DNA of 64,000 nucleotides from the human T2T-CHM13v2.0 reference genome, Homo sapiens (GCF_009914755.1 NC_060925.1); one strand, 5' to 3'. Counted from the first letter of the stretch, positions 1 to 12,136 are shown. Notes: generated by a model from the sequence alone, not told the origin. Program-made: numbers and translations.

Positions 1-407
1 ACAAAGCCTCCACAGCAAAAGCCTCCACAGCATGGAAGGGGACCCGAGCTGGTTGCCTCTGCTGCCTCGGGTGGCCAGCTTTTATTCCCTTATTTTTCCC
101 CGCCCACATTCTGCTGATTGGTCCATTTTACAGAGCACTGATTGGTCCATTTTACAGAGTGCTGATTGGTCCGTCTTTGCAGAGTGCTGATTGGTGCGTT
201 TACAAACTTTAGCTAGACACAGAGTGCTGACTGGTGCGTTTTTACAGAGTGCTGATTGGTGCACTTACAAACCTTTAGCTAGATGCAGAGAGCTGATTGG
301 TGCGTTTTTACAGAGTGCTGATTGGTGCATTTACAATCCTCTAGCTAGACAGAAAAGTTCTCCAAGTACCCACTCTACCCAGGAAGTCCAGCTGGCTTCA
401 CCTGTCA
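1..407 (-). mobile_element. LTR12-family (ERV9) LTR, U3 part, truncated by the window edge
   Basis: Tandem 'cagagtgctgattggt(g/c)c' repeats (7 ATTGG = CCAAT boxes on the minus strand, plus one variant), 'ctagctagaca' motifs and terminal 'cccaggaagtccagctggcttcacctgtca', all typical of LTR12. Confidence 0.85.
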
Positions 408-1110
408 ATAAGAGTTTATTATTAAGTAATTGACAAGGAAATTTGGTTGTCTCTGTCATAGATATTTAAAACAACAACCAGATTTATGACTAAAATTATC
501 CCAAGGCATATCCTGAGCAGTGGAGGTATTGACAAATTCCTATGAATGTCAAACAATTTCTGAAATAGTCGTGTTAATAATATTTATCCATGCAAATATC
601 ACATAGAGAAGGTTAACCATCTCTTCTCATTTGACAACACATTTAATGCAATTTAACTATCAAAAACCATTACTTTGTTTAAAATTTCTCTTTTTACAAG
701 GTGAAAGAAAAAAATCTTTCATGATTTCCAGGGGCCCTCTGGGAAATATTAAGGTCAATTTGAGATCAAGATTTCATTTCAGGTTTTATTTTGGGAAGGC
801 AAAACTGCCAAAAATGTTAAAAGGTTTGAACACTTGACTAAATAAGATTATTGATCACTATGAAACCATACTTGCCTACCTAGTTAACCAAAGTGACTAT
901 AAAAAACTACAAAAGTAACTATAGGAAGGTACCTTATTGTAAAATACCTTAGTTTTTTTTTCAAAGAGAGAAGACTTGGTTGTTTTAAATAGTCAGGACA
1001 TGGAAAAGGTCAACATAAAGCATAGGACATCATTCTGATAAGACACAGAACCTTTGTTTCCCAGGCAGTTACATAGAAAGTAAACTAAACAAAACCTTTT
1101 ATAGTCTCTT
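408..1110 (-). mobile_element. Degenerate ERV1 (MER4-group-like) internal sequence
   Basis: AT-rich non-coding sequence resembling MER4-group internal consensus read on the minus strand; recognition only. Confidence 0.35.
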
Positions 1111-1146
1111 ATTTTTTTTTCTTTTTTTCCCTCTGCATTCCTCTAG

Positions 1147-1810
1147 TCAATCTTGGCTGCCACAATCACAGACAAAAAGCATGAGGACATTTTTCTTCTT
1201 GCATCTGTGGTGGAAACTTTAGCAGCAGACAATACCTGCTCCAGGCATGTCAGATAGATGCATTTCAATCTTGTAAGGAGCAGGACATCCAACCATGGGG
1301 TTACAACTCCTGGCTGACTGACCACTGTGCGACTATAAACATTGATAATCAAATGAAGGAAGGTCCTTGGTTATAATAGACACAATATGGCAGCAGGGTG
1401 CTTAAGATGCCACCGTGTGCTGTGGACAAATGTATATCACCCTTTTTGTTGTAGATGGAAAGTTATTGAACAGAATCTAAAATTACAACCAGTTCCTGTT
1501 GGGGTTAAAGAAGTAGGCATTCCATGGTGGATACAAATTATCCTGGAGAATGCCCCACCCAAAAACAAGGGAGACTCTGAGAGGCCTTATGGAATACTTA
1601 GACTAAATCACATCTGGATGTGACCACCACTCCTTTAACCCCAATGTAGGCGTCCAACATTTTGGGTACAAAACGTGGCTAACTGCTCTCAGGCCATTAG
1701 TACACAATGGCAACAATAAGCATGCTGGATTAAACAATATTGGCCCACCTGACAGAAAAGGGCTTTAGGGAACATAGGTGCTGATATAAGCATTGTGGGA
1801 CGATCTAAAT
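1147..1810 (+). pseudogene. Endogenous retroviral env relic (SU end, furin site, fusion peptide)
   Basis: 1741-1800 translates WPT*QKR|ALGNIGADISIVG; TGA is one transition from CGA, giving an RQKR furin site followed by a Gly-rich hydrophobic fusion-peptide-like stretch. Cys/Trp-rich broken frames lie upstream, and a polypyrimidine tract ending in 'ctctag' lies at ~1109-1147. Confidence 0.5.
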
Positions 1811-1824
1811 TCCTCACCCTTTCT

Positions 1825-4800
1825 TAAACAGTTTTATGAAGCTATAATTCACATACCGTACAATTCACCAATTTGAAGTATACAATTAAATTAACTTTAG
1901 TATATTCACAAATATGTGTAACCATCACAACAGTGAATTTCAGCACAATTTCATCACTGAAAAAAGAAAATGCCACCTTCAGCTATCATCCTCCTATTTT
2001 TTTACCCTCTCCCCCAACCCTAAGCAACCACTAATCTACTTTCTGTCTCTGTAGATTTTCCTACCCTGGACATTTCAAATGAATGACATTATATAATACA
2101 TGGTCTTTTGTGACTGCTTTCTTTCACTTAGAATAAAGTTTTCAAGGCTCATTTGTGTTCTGGTATTAATCAGTTCTTCATGTCTTTTTAAAAATTTTTT
2201 GTTGTAATAAAATATACATAACATTTATCATTTTAACCATTTTAAATATATAGTTCAGTGATATTAATTACACTCGTATTGCTATGTAATCATCACCACC
2301 ATCCATCTCCATAACTCTTTTCATCTTGTAAAACTGAAATGTTATACCCATAAAAATAACAACCCATTTTCTCCTTTCCCCAGGCCCTGGCAACCACTAC
2401 TCTATTTTATGTCTCCAGGATTTTGACTATTCTATGTACCTCATGTAAGTGGAATAATAGAGTATTTATCTTTTAATGACAAGCTTATTTCACTTAGAAT
2501 AATATCCTCAAGATTCATCTATGTCATAGCATATGTAAGAATTTCCTTCCTTTTTAAGGCCAAATGATATTCCACCATAGGTATATGCCACATTTGTCTT
2601 ATTCATACTTCCATTAATGAACACCTGCGTTGCTTCCGCATTTAAGCTATTATGAATAATACTGCTATGAACATGGGTATATAAATATCTCTTCATGTCC
2701 CTGCTTTCAATTCATTGAAGTATATACCCAGATATGGAATTTATAGTTCATATTGTAACTCTAGTTTTAATTTTTTAAGAAAAGGTCATACTGTTTTCCA
2801 GAGCAGCTGTACCATTTTAAACTACTACCAACAGTGCACAAAGGTTCCAAATTCTCCACGTCCTCACCAACACTTTCTATTTTCTGGCATTTTGATGGTA
2901 GCCATCCTAATGGATATGAGGTGGTATCTCATTGTAGTTTTGATTTACATTTCTCTAATGGTTAGTGATGTTCAGTATCTTTTCATGTTCTTATTGGCCA
3001 TGGTATACCTTGGCCAATGTTTTCTGAACTTATTTAAATAAATACTTAGGCAAGTTATTTACCTAGTTTTCCTATTTTTTTAATTGGGACATTTGGTTTT
3101 TTTGGTTGTTGAGTTTCAGGACTTCTCTATGCCTTTTGGATATTAATCCCATACGATATATATGACTTGCAAATATATTTTCCCATTCAGTGAGTTCCCT
3201 TTTTCAGTGTTGAAGACATTCTTTTAGTATACATTACTTTTTAATTTACTAAGTCCAATTTATCTATTATTTGTTGTTGTCTCTACCTTTGGTGTCATAT
3301 CCAAAAAAATCATTGCTAAATTCAGTGTTGTAAAGTTTTTACCCTATGTTTTCTTTGAAGAGCTTTATAGTTTCAGGTCTTACATTTAGGTCATGAATCC
3401 ACCTTGAGTTTAATTTTTATATGCGGTCTTAGGCAAGAGTCCAACCTTATTCTTTTGCATGTGGATATCCAGTTTTCCCAGCACCATTTGTTGAAAAGGC
3501 TGTCCTTTCAAAAATAACTGTATCATGTATTTGATAGGTTATTTCTGGGCTCTCAGTTGTATTCTACTGGTTTAAATGTCTGTATTCATGCCAATACCAC
3601 ACTTTTGATTATTAGAGATTCATAGTAAGTTTTGAAATTAACAGGTGTGACTCTTTCTGCTTTGCTCTTCTTTTTCAAGATTCTTTTGGCTATTCAGGAT
3701 CCCTTGAGATTCCAGATGGATTTTAGGATGGGTTTTCATATTTCTACAATAAACATCATTGGGATTTTGATAGAGATTACACTGAATCTGTAGATCGCTT
3801 TGGGTAGCATTGACATCTTAACAATGTTAAGTCTTCCAGGTCATGAACACAGATGTCTTTCCATTTATTTTATGTCTTCTTTAATTTATTTCAACAATGT
3901 TTTATAGTTTATTGTAAAGTCTATAACTACCTCTGTTAATTCCTAAGTATGTTATTCTTTTTCATTCCATTATAAATAAAATTTTTTCTTAATTTTCTTT
4001 CAGATTTTTTATTATTAGTACATAGAGACATAATTGATTTCTGTGCATTGACCTTGTATCCTGCTATAATGTGTTATTAGTTCTAACAACTTTTTATAGA
4101 ATCTTCCGGTCATATCATCTATTAATAGAGATAATTTTACTTCTTTTCCAATTTGGATACCTTTTATTTTTTCTCCTGTCTAATTACTCTGGCTAAAATG
4201 TCCAGGACTACATTGAGTAGAAGTGGCAAAAGAAGACATCCTTGCCTTTTCTTCATCTTAAGGAAAAAGCTTTCAGTCTTTCACCATTGAGTGTGATGTT
4301 GGCTGTGGTTTTTTCACATGACTTTTAGAATGTTGAAAGTTTTCTTCTATTCTTAGTTTGTTGGGTGTTTTTATAATAAAAGAATGTCAAATTTTGTCCA
4401 ATGCTTTCTTTGCATCAGTTGAGATGATTATGTGATGCTTTTCTTTGTTATTTTAATGTGATATATTATAATGGTCAATTTTCATATGTTGAACCATTCT
4501 TGCATTCAGGAATAAATCCCACTTGGTCATGGCATATAGTCCTTTTAATATACTGCTGAATTCAACTTGTTAACATTTGTTAAAGATATTTGCATCAATG
4601 TTCTTAAGAGATATTGGTCTGTAGTTTTCTTTTCTGTCAGTGTCTATATCTGCGCTTGGCGTCGAGATAATGGTGACTTCATAAAATGAGTTAGAAAGTG
4701 TTCCCTCCTCTTTAATTTTTTGAAAAGTTTGAAATAGATCGCTGTGAATTCTTCCTAAAGTTTTTGATAGAATTCCCCAGTGAAGCATCAAGTCCAGGAG

Positions 4801-6286
4801 TTTTCTTTATGGGGATATTTTCAATTACTGATTCAATATTTTTACTAGTTATAGATCTATTTGGATTTCCTGTTTCTTTGTGATTTGGTCTCAGTAGGTT
4901 TTGTATTTCTAGGAATTTATCCATTTCATCTAGGTTACCCAATTTGTGGGTGTACAATTGTTCATAACACTCCCTTATAATCCTTTCATTTATGGAGAAT
5001 AACTATAAGGTCCCCATTTTCATTTCTCATTTTAGTGGTTTGAGTCTCTTATCTTTTTTCCTATTCCATTTAACTAAAAGTTTGTCAATGTTGTTAATCT
5101 TTTCAAATAACTATTGTTTTTATTGATTTTCTTTATCGTTTATCTCTGTTTTGCTTATCTCTGCTCTAATCGTTATTATTTCTTTCCTTCTGCTAGCTCT
5201 GTGTTTAGTTTGTTCCTTTTCTAGTATCTTAAGTTGTAAAGTTAGGCTGTTGATTTGAGATCTTACTTGTTTTTATAAGGTAAGCATTTATAGCTATAAA
5301 TTTCCCCCATGGCACTGCTTTCATGCTTTAGGTTTTGGTATGTTGTGTTTTTGTTTTCATTCATCTCTAAATATTTTCTAATTTACATTGTTATTTCTTC
5401 TTTGATCCACTGTTTGTTTAAAATTGTGTTACTTTCCATAAATTGATGAATTTTCCAGTTTTTCTTGTTATTGACATCTAACTTCATTCTGCTCATTGAA
5501 AAAGATACCTTGTGTGATATATATTTTTTAAATCTACTGAGACTTAATTTTTGCCCTAACATATATTTTATCCTAGGAAATGTCCCACATACACCTGAGA
5601 AGAATGTGCATTCTGTTGTTGGATAGAGTGTTCTGTGTATATCTGTTAGATCTAGTTGGTTTACTGTGTTGTTCAAGTCCTCTATTTCCTTACTTATCTT
5701 CTGTCTGCTAGCTCTATTCATATTGAGAGTGATATGCTGAAGTCTCTGGCTATTGTTGTAGAATTGTCTATTTCTCCCATCAATTCTGTCAATTTTTGCT
5801 TTGTATATTTGATGGTGTGATATTAGGTGCATAAAGGTTTGTAATTGTTGTATCTTCTAGCTGTATTAAACCTTCGTGTATATATATATACATATACACG
5901 TATATACGTGTATATATATATACATATACACGTATATACGTGTATATATATATACATATACACGTATATACGTGTATATATATATACATATACACGTATA
6001 TACGTGTATATATATATACATATACACGTATATACGTATATATGTATATATATATGTAACCTCTTTTTCTCATAAGTTTTTTCATTTAAAGTCTGTTTTA
6101 TCTGATAGCAATATAACTGCCTCTGTTCTCTTTTAGTTACTATTTGCATAAAATATCATTTTCATTCTTTCACTTTCAACCAATTTGTATAATTGAATCT
6201 AAAGAGAATTTTTTCTAGATAGTATATAATTGGATCATGTTTTTTAAGTCATTTTGCCCATCTCTGTCTTTTGATTGGAGAATTTA
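1825..6286 (-). mobile_element. Old LINE-1 (L1MA/L1MB-like) composite: two 3' ends plus ORF2 remnants
   Basis: Minus-strand ORF fragments match L1 ORF2 (NSFYEVTII...KENYRPISLKNIDA; LDEMDKFLE; NQLDLTDIHRTLYP); L1M-type 3' UTRs start near 1825 and 2190. Confidence 0.85.
5876..6056. repeat. 32-bp-period TA/CA/CG minisatellite, ~5 copies
   Basis: Unit tatatatatacatatacacgtatatacgtgta; 'cacg' recurs at 5897, 5929, 5961, 5993 and 6025. Confidence 0.95.
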
Positions 6287-6301
6287 ATGCACAGACATTT
6301 A

Positions 6302-6690
6302 TTTTATTTATTTTTATTTTATTTTATTATTATTATACTTTAAGTTTTAGGGTACATGTGCACAACGTGCAGGTTTGTTACCTATGTATACATGTGCCAT
6401 GTTGGTGTGCTGCACCCATTAACTCGTCATTTAGCATTAGGCATATCTCCTAATGCTATCCCTCCCCCCTCCCCCAACCCCACAACAGTCGCCGGTATGT
6501 GATGTTCCCCTTCCTGTGTCCATGTGTTCTCATTGTTCAATTCCCACCTATGAGTGAGAATACGCGGTGTTTGGTTTTTTGTCCTTGTGATAGTTTGCTG
6601 AGAATGATGGTTTCCAGTTTCATCCATGTCCCTACAAAGGACATGAACTCATCATTTTTTATGGCTGCATACTATTCCATGGTGTATATG
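6302..6690 (-). mobile_element. 5'-truncated young L1PA (L1PA3-5-like) 3' end
   Basis: Canonical L1PA 3' UTR (ttaagttttagggtacatgtgcacaacgtgcagg...), T-rich tail, and 15-bp TSD atgcacagacattta at 6287-6301 and 6691-6705. Confidence 0.9.
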
Positions 6691-6716
6691 ATGCACAGAC
6701 ATTTAAAGCAATTACT

Positions 6717-9285
6717 GGAGAGGAGGGGCCAAAATGGCCAAATAGGAATAGCTCCAGTCTGCAACTCCCAGCAAGACAAACACAAAAAGTGAGTGATTTC
6801 TGCATTTCCAACTGAGGTACCCAGTGCATCTCATTGGGACTGACTAGGTGTCTGGCATGATCCGCAGAGAGCAAGGAAAAGCAGGCTGGGGTGATGGTTC
6901 ACCTAGGAGGTACATGGGACAAAGGGACCACCCTCCCCCAGTCAAGGGAAGTGGTGAGGGACTGTTACCCACCGGGGGTACCATGCTTTTCCCACAGATT
7001 TCTGTAGTCCAAGAATCAGGAGATCCCCCTCATGAGCCTACACCATCAGGGCCTTGGGTCTCAAGCACAAAACTGGGCAGACCCACAGCAGCTACTCCCA
7101 TTGGTGGCTGTTTGGGCAGGCACTGAGCTGCAGGAGTTTTTACCTACACCGGCGGCACCTGGAACTCCAGTGAGGCAGGAGAACCATCCACTCCCATGGA
7201 AAGGGGGCTGAAACCAGGGAACCAAATAGCCTCACTCAGCAGGTCCCACTCCCAAGGAACCCTGCAAGCTAAGACCCACTGGCTTGAAATCCCCGCCAGC
7301 CAGCACAGCATCCTAGAGTCTGCCTAAGACGACTGAGTTCCTGGGAGGAGGGGTGGCTGCCATTACTGTAGCTCTAGTTGGCAGTTTTCCCCGTCAGTAC
7401 TAGGGAAACTGGGAGGTTTGGACTGGGCAATACTCCCCACAGCACAGCACAGCAGCAATGGCAGATCATGGCCAGACTGCTTCTTTAGGTGGAACCTGGA
7501 TCCATCCCCCTTCACCAGACAGGGCCTCCCTGCAGGAATTCCAGCAACTCCAGCCAGGGGCTTATAGACAGAATTCTCATCTCTCTGGAACAGAGCACAT
7601 GGGGGAAATGGCAGCCATGGCCTCAGGTTCAGCAGACTTAATCTTTCCTACCTGCTAGCTCTGAAGAGTCCGACTGATCTGGACAAGAGGGATTCTCCCA
7701 GCACAGCACACCAGCTCTGCTAAGGGACAGTTAGTCTGCTTCCTTAAGCAGGTCCCTGATCCCATGCCTCATGACTGGGTGAGACTTCACAAGAGGGGTT
7801 GCCAGACATCTCATACAGGAGAGTTCCAGCTGGCATCAGGTCAGTGCCCCTCTGGGACGAAGCTTCCAGAGGAAGAAGTAGGCTGCCATCTTTGCTGTTC
7901 TGCAGCCTCCACTGGTGATACTCAGGCAAACAGGGTCTGGAGTGGACTCCCAGCAAACTGTAGCAGACCTGAAGAATAGGAACCTGGCTGTTAGATGAAA
8001 AACAAACAAACAGAAAGCAAGAACAACATCAACAAACAAGAGCCCAAAAAACCCCATCCAATGGTCAACAGCCTCAAACATCAAAGGCAGATAAATCCAC
8101 AAAGATGAGGGAAAAGCAATGCAAAAAGCCTGAAAATTCCAAAAGCCAGAATGTCTCTTCTATTCCAAATGATCGCAACACCTCTCCATCAAGGGCACAG
8201 AATGGGGCTGAAGCTGAGATGGATGAACTGACAGAAGTAGGATTCAGAAAGTGTGTACTAACAAGCTTCACTGAGCTAAAGGATTATGTTCTAAACCAAT
8301 GCAAAGAAGCTAAGAACCATAATAAAAGATTACAGTAGCTGTTAACTAGAATAACCAGTTTAGAGTGCAAAATAAATTATCTGATGGAGCTTAAAAACAC
8401 AGCACCAGAATTTCATGATGCAAACACAAGTATCAATAGCCGAATTGACCAAGCAGAAGAGAGAGTATCAGAGCTTGAAGACTACCTTGCTGAAATAAGG
8501 CAGGCAGACAAGATTAGAGAAAAAAGAATGAAAAGGAATGAATAAAACCTCCGAGAACTATGGGACATGTAAAAGACAGAACCTATGATTGATTGGAGTA
8601 CCTGAAAGAGACTGGGAGAATGGAACCAAGTTGGAAAATGCACTTTAGGATATCATCCAGGAGAACCTCCCCAACCTAGCAAGACAGGTCAACATTCAAA
8701 TTCAGGGAATCCAGAGAACCCCAATAAGATACTCCACAAGAAGATCTGCCCCAAGACAGATAATCTTCAGATTCTCCAAGGTCAAAATGAAGGAAAAAAT
8801 GTTAAGGGCAGTCAGAGAGAAAGGCCAGGTCTCCTACAAAGGGAAGCCCATCAGACTAACAGCAGACATCTCAGGAGAAACCCTACAAGCCAGAAGAGAT
8901 TGGGGGCCAATATTCAATAGTCTTAAAGAAAATAATTTTCAGCCCAGAATTTCATATCCAGCCAAACTAAGCTTTATAAGCATAAGAGAAATAAAATCCT
9001 TTTCAAACAAGCAGATGCTGAGGGATTTCATCACTACCAGAACAGCCTTGCAAGAGCTCCTGAAGGAAGTACTAAACAGGGAAAGGAAAAACCATTACCA
9101 GCCACTACAAAAACACTGAAGTACATAGACCAATGACACTATGAAGCAACTACATTAACAAGTCCACAAAATTAACCAGCCAGCACATGATGACAGGATC
9201 AAATTCACACATAACAATATTAACCTTAAATGTAAATGGGCTAAATACCCCAATTAAAAGACACAGAATGGAAAGCTGGATAAAA
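6717..9285 (+). mobile_element. L1PA7/8-like element: 5' UTR, disrupted ORF1 and start of ORF2; 3' part missing
   Basis: L1 5' start 'ggccaaaatggccaaataggaatagctccagtc'; ORF1 fragments (MDELTEVGFRK; KEKMLRAVREKGQVSYKGKPIRLTAD); ORF2 start MTGSNSHITILTLNVNGLN at ~9190. Confidence 0.9.
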
Positions 9286-9289
9286 AGGA

Positions 9290-10029
9290 AAAGGCATTAA
9301 CTGACTTCTTAATAAATGTTGTTAAGGTTATAAAAGACTTCTGGAAGTCATATCTTATGGTCAAGATTAAAATTTTATAGATTGTAGAATTTTGAAAAAC
9401 AAATTTAATTGACTTCTTGCTATTTTTATTAGGGCTTATTGTTTTGAAAATTAAGTATCCTTATTATGCTTCAAAAACTACAGTACACCTGTTGTTAGAT
9501 TCCAGTCTTGCCTAATGTTTTTCAACTGTTATTATTTTCTACAGTTTGGACCAAATTCTAATTTTCTTGGCTACAAGTCTTCAAAATAATGTTTTCAATT
9601 CTTTTCCTTCTTTTTCCCCCCATTTTTCCTAATTGAGAGTCACTGAAAACTAAGCTGTGCTTTCTTAAAGCCCTACGAACTGAAGCTGGACAACTTAAAC
9701 TTCGGAAGAAAATAATAGCAACCTATTTACATACATAAGCCACTTTCATACCTGCCTACTAATATATGGACTTCAGAGTAATGTGTCCTACATCGATTTT
9801 CTAGGGTTTTCCTTTTGTTTGTTTTTCTCCCTTCCTCCCCCTATTTTCTCTTCATACAACATGAGACTTCACAACCTGCTAAAATGGGCTTTCCTAATAA
9901 CTCAGGACCTACCCATCTAGGAATAAACCATCCTAGCCATGAGAGATCAGATGAAACCTGGGAAAAGAGACTCAATTTCTTCTAAAATGCTTTCTCCAAA
10001 AGATTTTTTAAAAGAAAAGGGGGGAAGAA
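9290..10029 (+). mobile_element. MER4 internal 3' end with polypurine tract
   Basis: Ends in the purine tract aaaagaaaaggggggaagaa directly before the MER4A LTR. Confidence 0.7.
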
Positions 10030-10455
10030 TGGTAGGAAAATAAATCTCAGGGCCCCCAAATCACTAAGCTAAAGGGAAAAGTCAAGCTGGGAACTGCTCA
10101 GGGCAAACCTACCTCCCATTCTACTCAAAGTCACCCCTCTGCTCACTGAGATAAATGCATATCTGATTGCCCCCTTTGGAGAGACTAATCAGAAACTCAA
10201 AAGAATGCAACTATTTGTCTCTTGTCTACCTATGATCTGGAAGCCCCCTCTCTGCTTCCTGTTGTCCCACCTTTCCTGACCGAACCAATATTCATCTTAC
10301 ATGTGTTGATTGATGTCTTATGTATAAAACCAAGCTGCGCTCTGACCACCTTGGGCACATGTCGTCAGGACTTCCTGAGGCTGTGTCACAGGCATGCATC
10401 CTCAACCTTGGCAAAACAAACTTTCTAAATTAACTGAGACCTGTCTGGTTTCACA
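10030..10455 (+). mobile_element. MER4A-type 3' LTR (ERV1)
   Basis: 'ggaaaataaatctcagggcccccaaatcactaagctaaagggaaaagtcaagctggg...aattaactgagacctgtct...ttcaca' matches MER4A/MER4A1 consensus from memory. Confidence 0.8.
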
Positions 10456-10479
10456 GCTGGAATGAAGGTAAAACAGCCC

Positions 10480-10548
10480 TCCCCAAATCCACTTCCTTAT
10501 AGCAGGGCTCATTTTGCATATAAAAGCCCAGTTGGCCAGAGACTCCTA
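10480..10548 (+). promoter_or_regulatory. Core promoter of the SPRR3-like gene: Ets site and TATA box
   Basis: ACTTCCT (10491-10497) and TATAAAA (10519-10525); 'cttccttatagcagggctcattttgcatataaaagcccagttggc' aligns with the SPRR1B promoter 'tttccttgaggcagggcttgttccatgcataaaaagccagttggc'. Confidence 0.75.
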
Positions 10549-10709
10549 ACCAGACCTGAGAGGCCAGGGAGCTCAATCTTCTGAAGTAAGAGTTCCAACC
10601 TGAAACTGTTTAATATTCACCTAATTGTATCTTATTTTGATTGGGGTCTCCTTGCATTGCTAAGGCTATGGTTATTTGAAATGGATTTGCAGTTTGTACT
10701 TAAGGGTAC

Positions 10710-11234
10710 TGTAATGCCCAACCTTGTTTTTCCTTTTTCACCTAGCCTTGTTTCCACCTGAATAGACTCTCCCTTAGCTGAGAGAACCAGACAAACTCCA
10801 TCTTGGCTCTTTCACTTGTAGCCCCTTCCTCAAGGACTTAACTTGTGCAAGCTGACTCCCAGCACATCCAAGAATGCAATTAACTGATAAGATACTGTGG
10901 CAAGCTATATCCACAGTCCCCAAGAATTCGTCTGATTGATAATGCCCAAAGCCCCGTGTCTACCCCCTTGTAATAGTCTTAAAGCCCCTGCACCTGGAAC
11001 TGTTTACTTTCCTGTAACCATTTATCCTTTTAACTTTTTGACTACTTAAATTCTGTAAAATTGTTTTAACTAGACACCCCCTCCCCTTTCTAAACCAAGA
11101 TATAAAAGTTAATCAAGCCCCTTCCTCGGGGCCGAGAGAATTTTGAGCATTAGCCGTCTCTCGGTCGCCGGCTAATAAAGGACTCTTAATTCGTCTCAAA
11201 GTGTGGCGTTTTTCTAACTCCCTCGGGTACAACA
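10710..11234 (+). mobile_element. Solo LTR, LTR6 (HERV-S71/HERV-T)-like
   Basis: TG...CA termini, 4-bp TSD GTAC (10706-10709 and 11235-11238), TATAAAA at 11101-11107, AATAAA at 11174-11179, CpG-rich R/U5. Confidence 0.8.
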
Positions 11235-11458
11235 GTACTAAAGCAGTTCTTTTTGACTTCCCACTCAGATTACAGCTGTGGGACTGAGACTCAGAAAAGG
11301 GAAGTGACTTATTTTAGAGTGCTGTTCCCTGAGCAGGAGGAATGAACTAGACTCCATGCCCAGGGCACTTTTAGTGATATTTTAATCATCTGTATGATTT
11401 TTAGAATTGTCAGCATCAAAGGCACTGCATTAGACAATTTGGATGTTCAAAACTTAAA

Positions 11459-11591
11459 TCTAGGTGCAGTGGCACATTCTGTAGTTCCACCAACATTGGA
11501 GGCTGAGGCTGGAGGATTACTTGAGCCCAGGAGTTTGAGGCCTGCCTAGGTGACATAGCAAGACCCCATTTCTTAAAAAGAAAAAAAAAAA
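11459..11591 (+). mobile_element. Free left Alu monomer (FLAM-like)
   Basis: Single Alu arm 'ggtgcagtggcac...gaggattacttgagcccaggagtttgag...gacccc' with A-tail. Confidence 0.75.
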
Positions 11592-11737
11592 GTTAAATTC
11601 TTCCTTGCTACACAAACCTATGATCTATCAGAGAACACAACACGTGCACAAACTTTGCAAACATACAGCATGGGGAGTATGAGATCAGTAAAGAGGACAA
11701 ATCATGTACCATGCTGTGGCTAAATAAGGAAGATGAG

Positions 11738-12136
11738 TGTAAGGTTCTTGTATCAGTTCAAACTCCGAGAACATGCCAACAGACAACACGAGACAAAACA
11801 TGCTGTTTTAATGAGCGCCTGGGTGCAGGGAAGCTGAGGCCTAAAATGGCGTCAGTCCCAAGTGAGGACGGGGCAAAGGTTTTACAGTCTCCTGTAAACA
11901 GGATGTGTCCTAGTCTGACGCAACTGCTATGTTGTACCTGGATGACCTCTTTCAGGATCTTCAGGGGTACGTGTCTTCCAGCCGGGGTAGGTGTCCTCCA
12001 GCCAGCTCTCTTCCTGCTTCTGCTATCTTGCTGACGCATGCTGCTGATGCAAGTGGCCTTGCACCTTGGGACTGGGCCTGAGAAGGCAGGAGTTATTCAT
12101 CTCCTTAAGCTTTCAGGCCCATGGGAGAATCTCACA
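11738..12136 (-). mobile_element. Solo LTR, LTR18A-like (ERVL class)
   Basis: TG...CA termini, approximate TSD ATGAG on both sides; reverse complement starts tgtgagattctcccatgggcctgaaagcttaaggagatgaataactcc, as in LTR18-type consensus recalled from memory. Confidence 0.65.

Noticed and set aside
105-345. Regularly spaced short repeats resembling a CRISPR array
   Set aside because: Eukaryotic LTR12 U3 tandem CCAAT repeats; no unique spacers and no cas genes
5789-6149. Four overlapping Tyr/Ile-rich ORFs
   Set aside because: Translations of the TA-rich minisatellite, which lacks stop codons
8105-9119. L1 ORF1/ORF2 fragments as active genes (also 40092-41732 and 55199-57495)
   Set aside because: Multiple stops, frameshifts and deletions; no retrotransposition-competent L1 in the window
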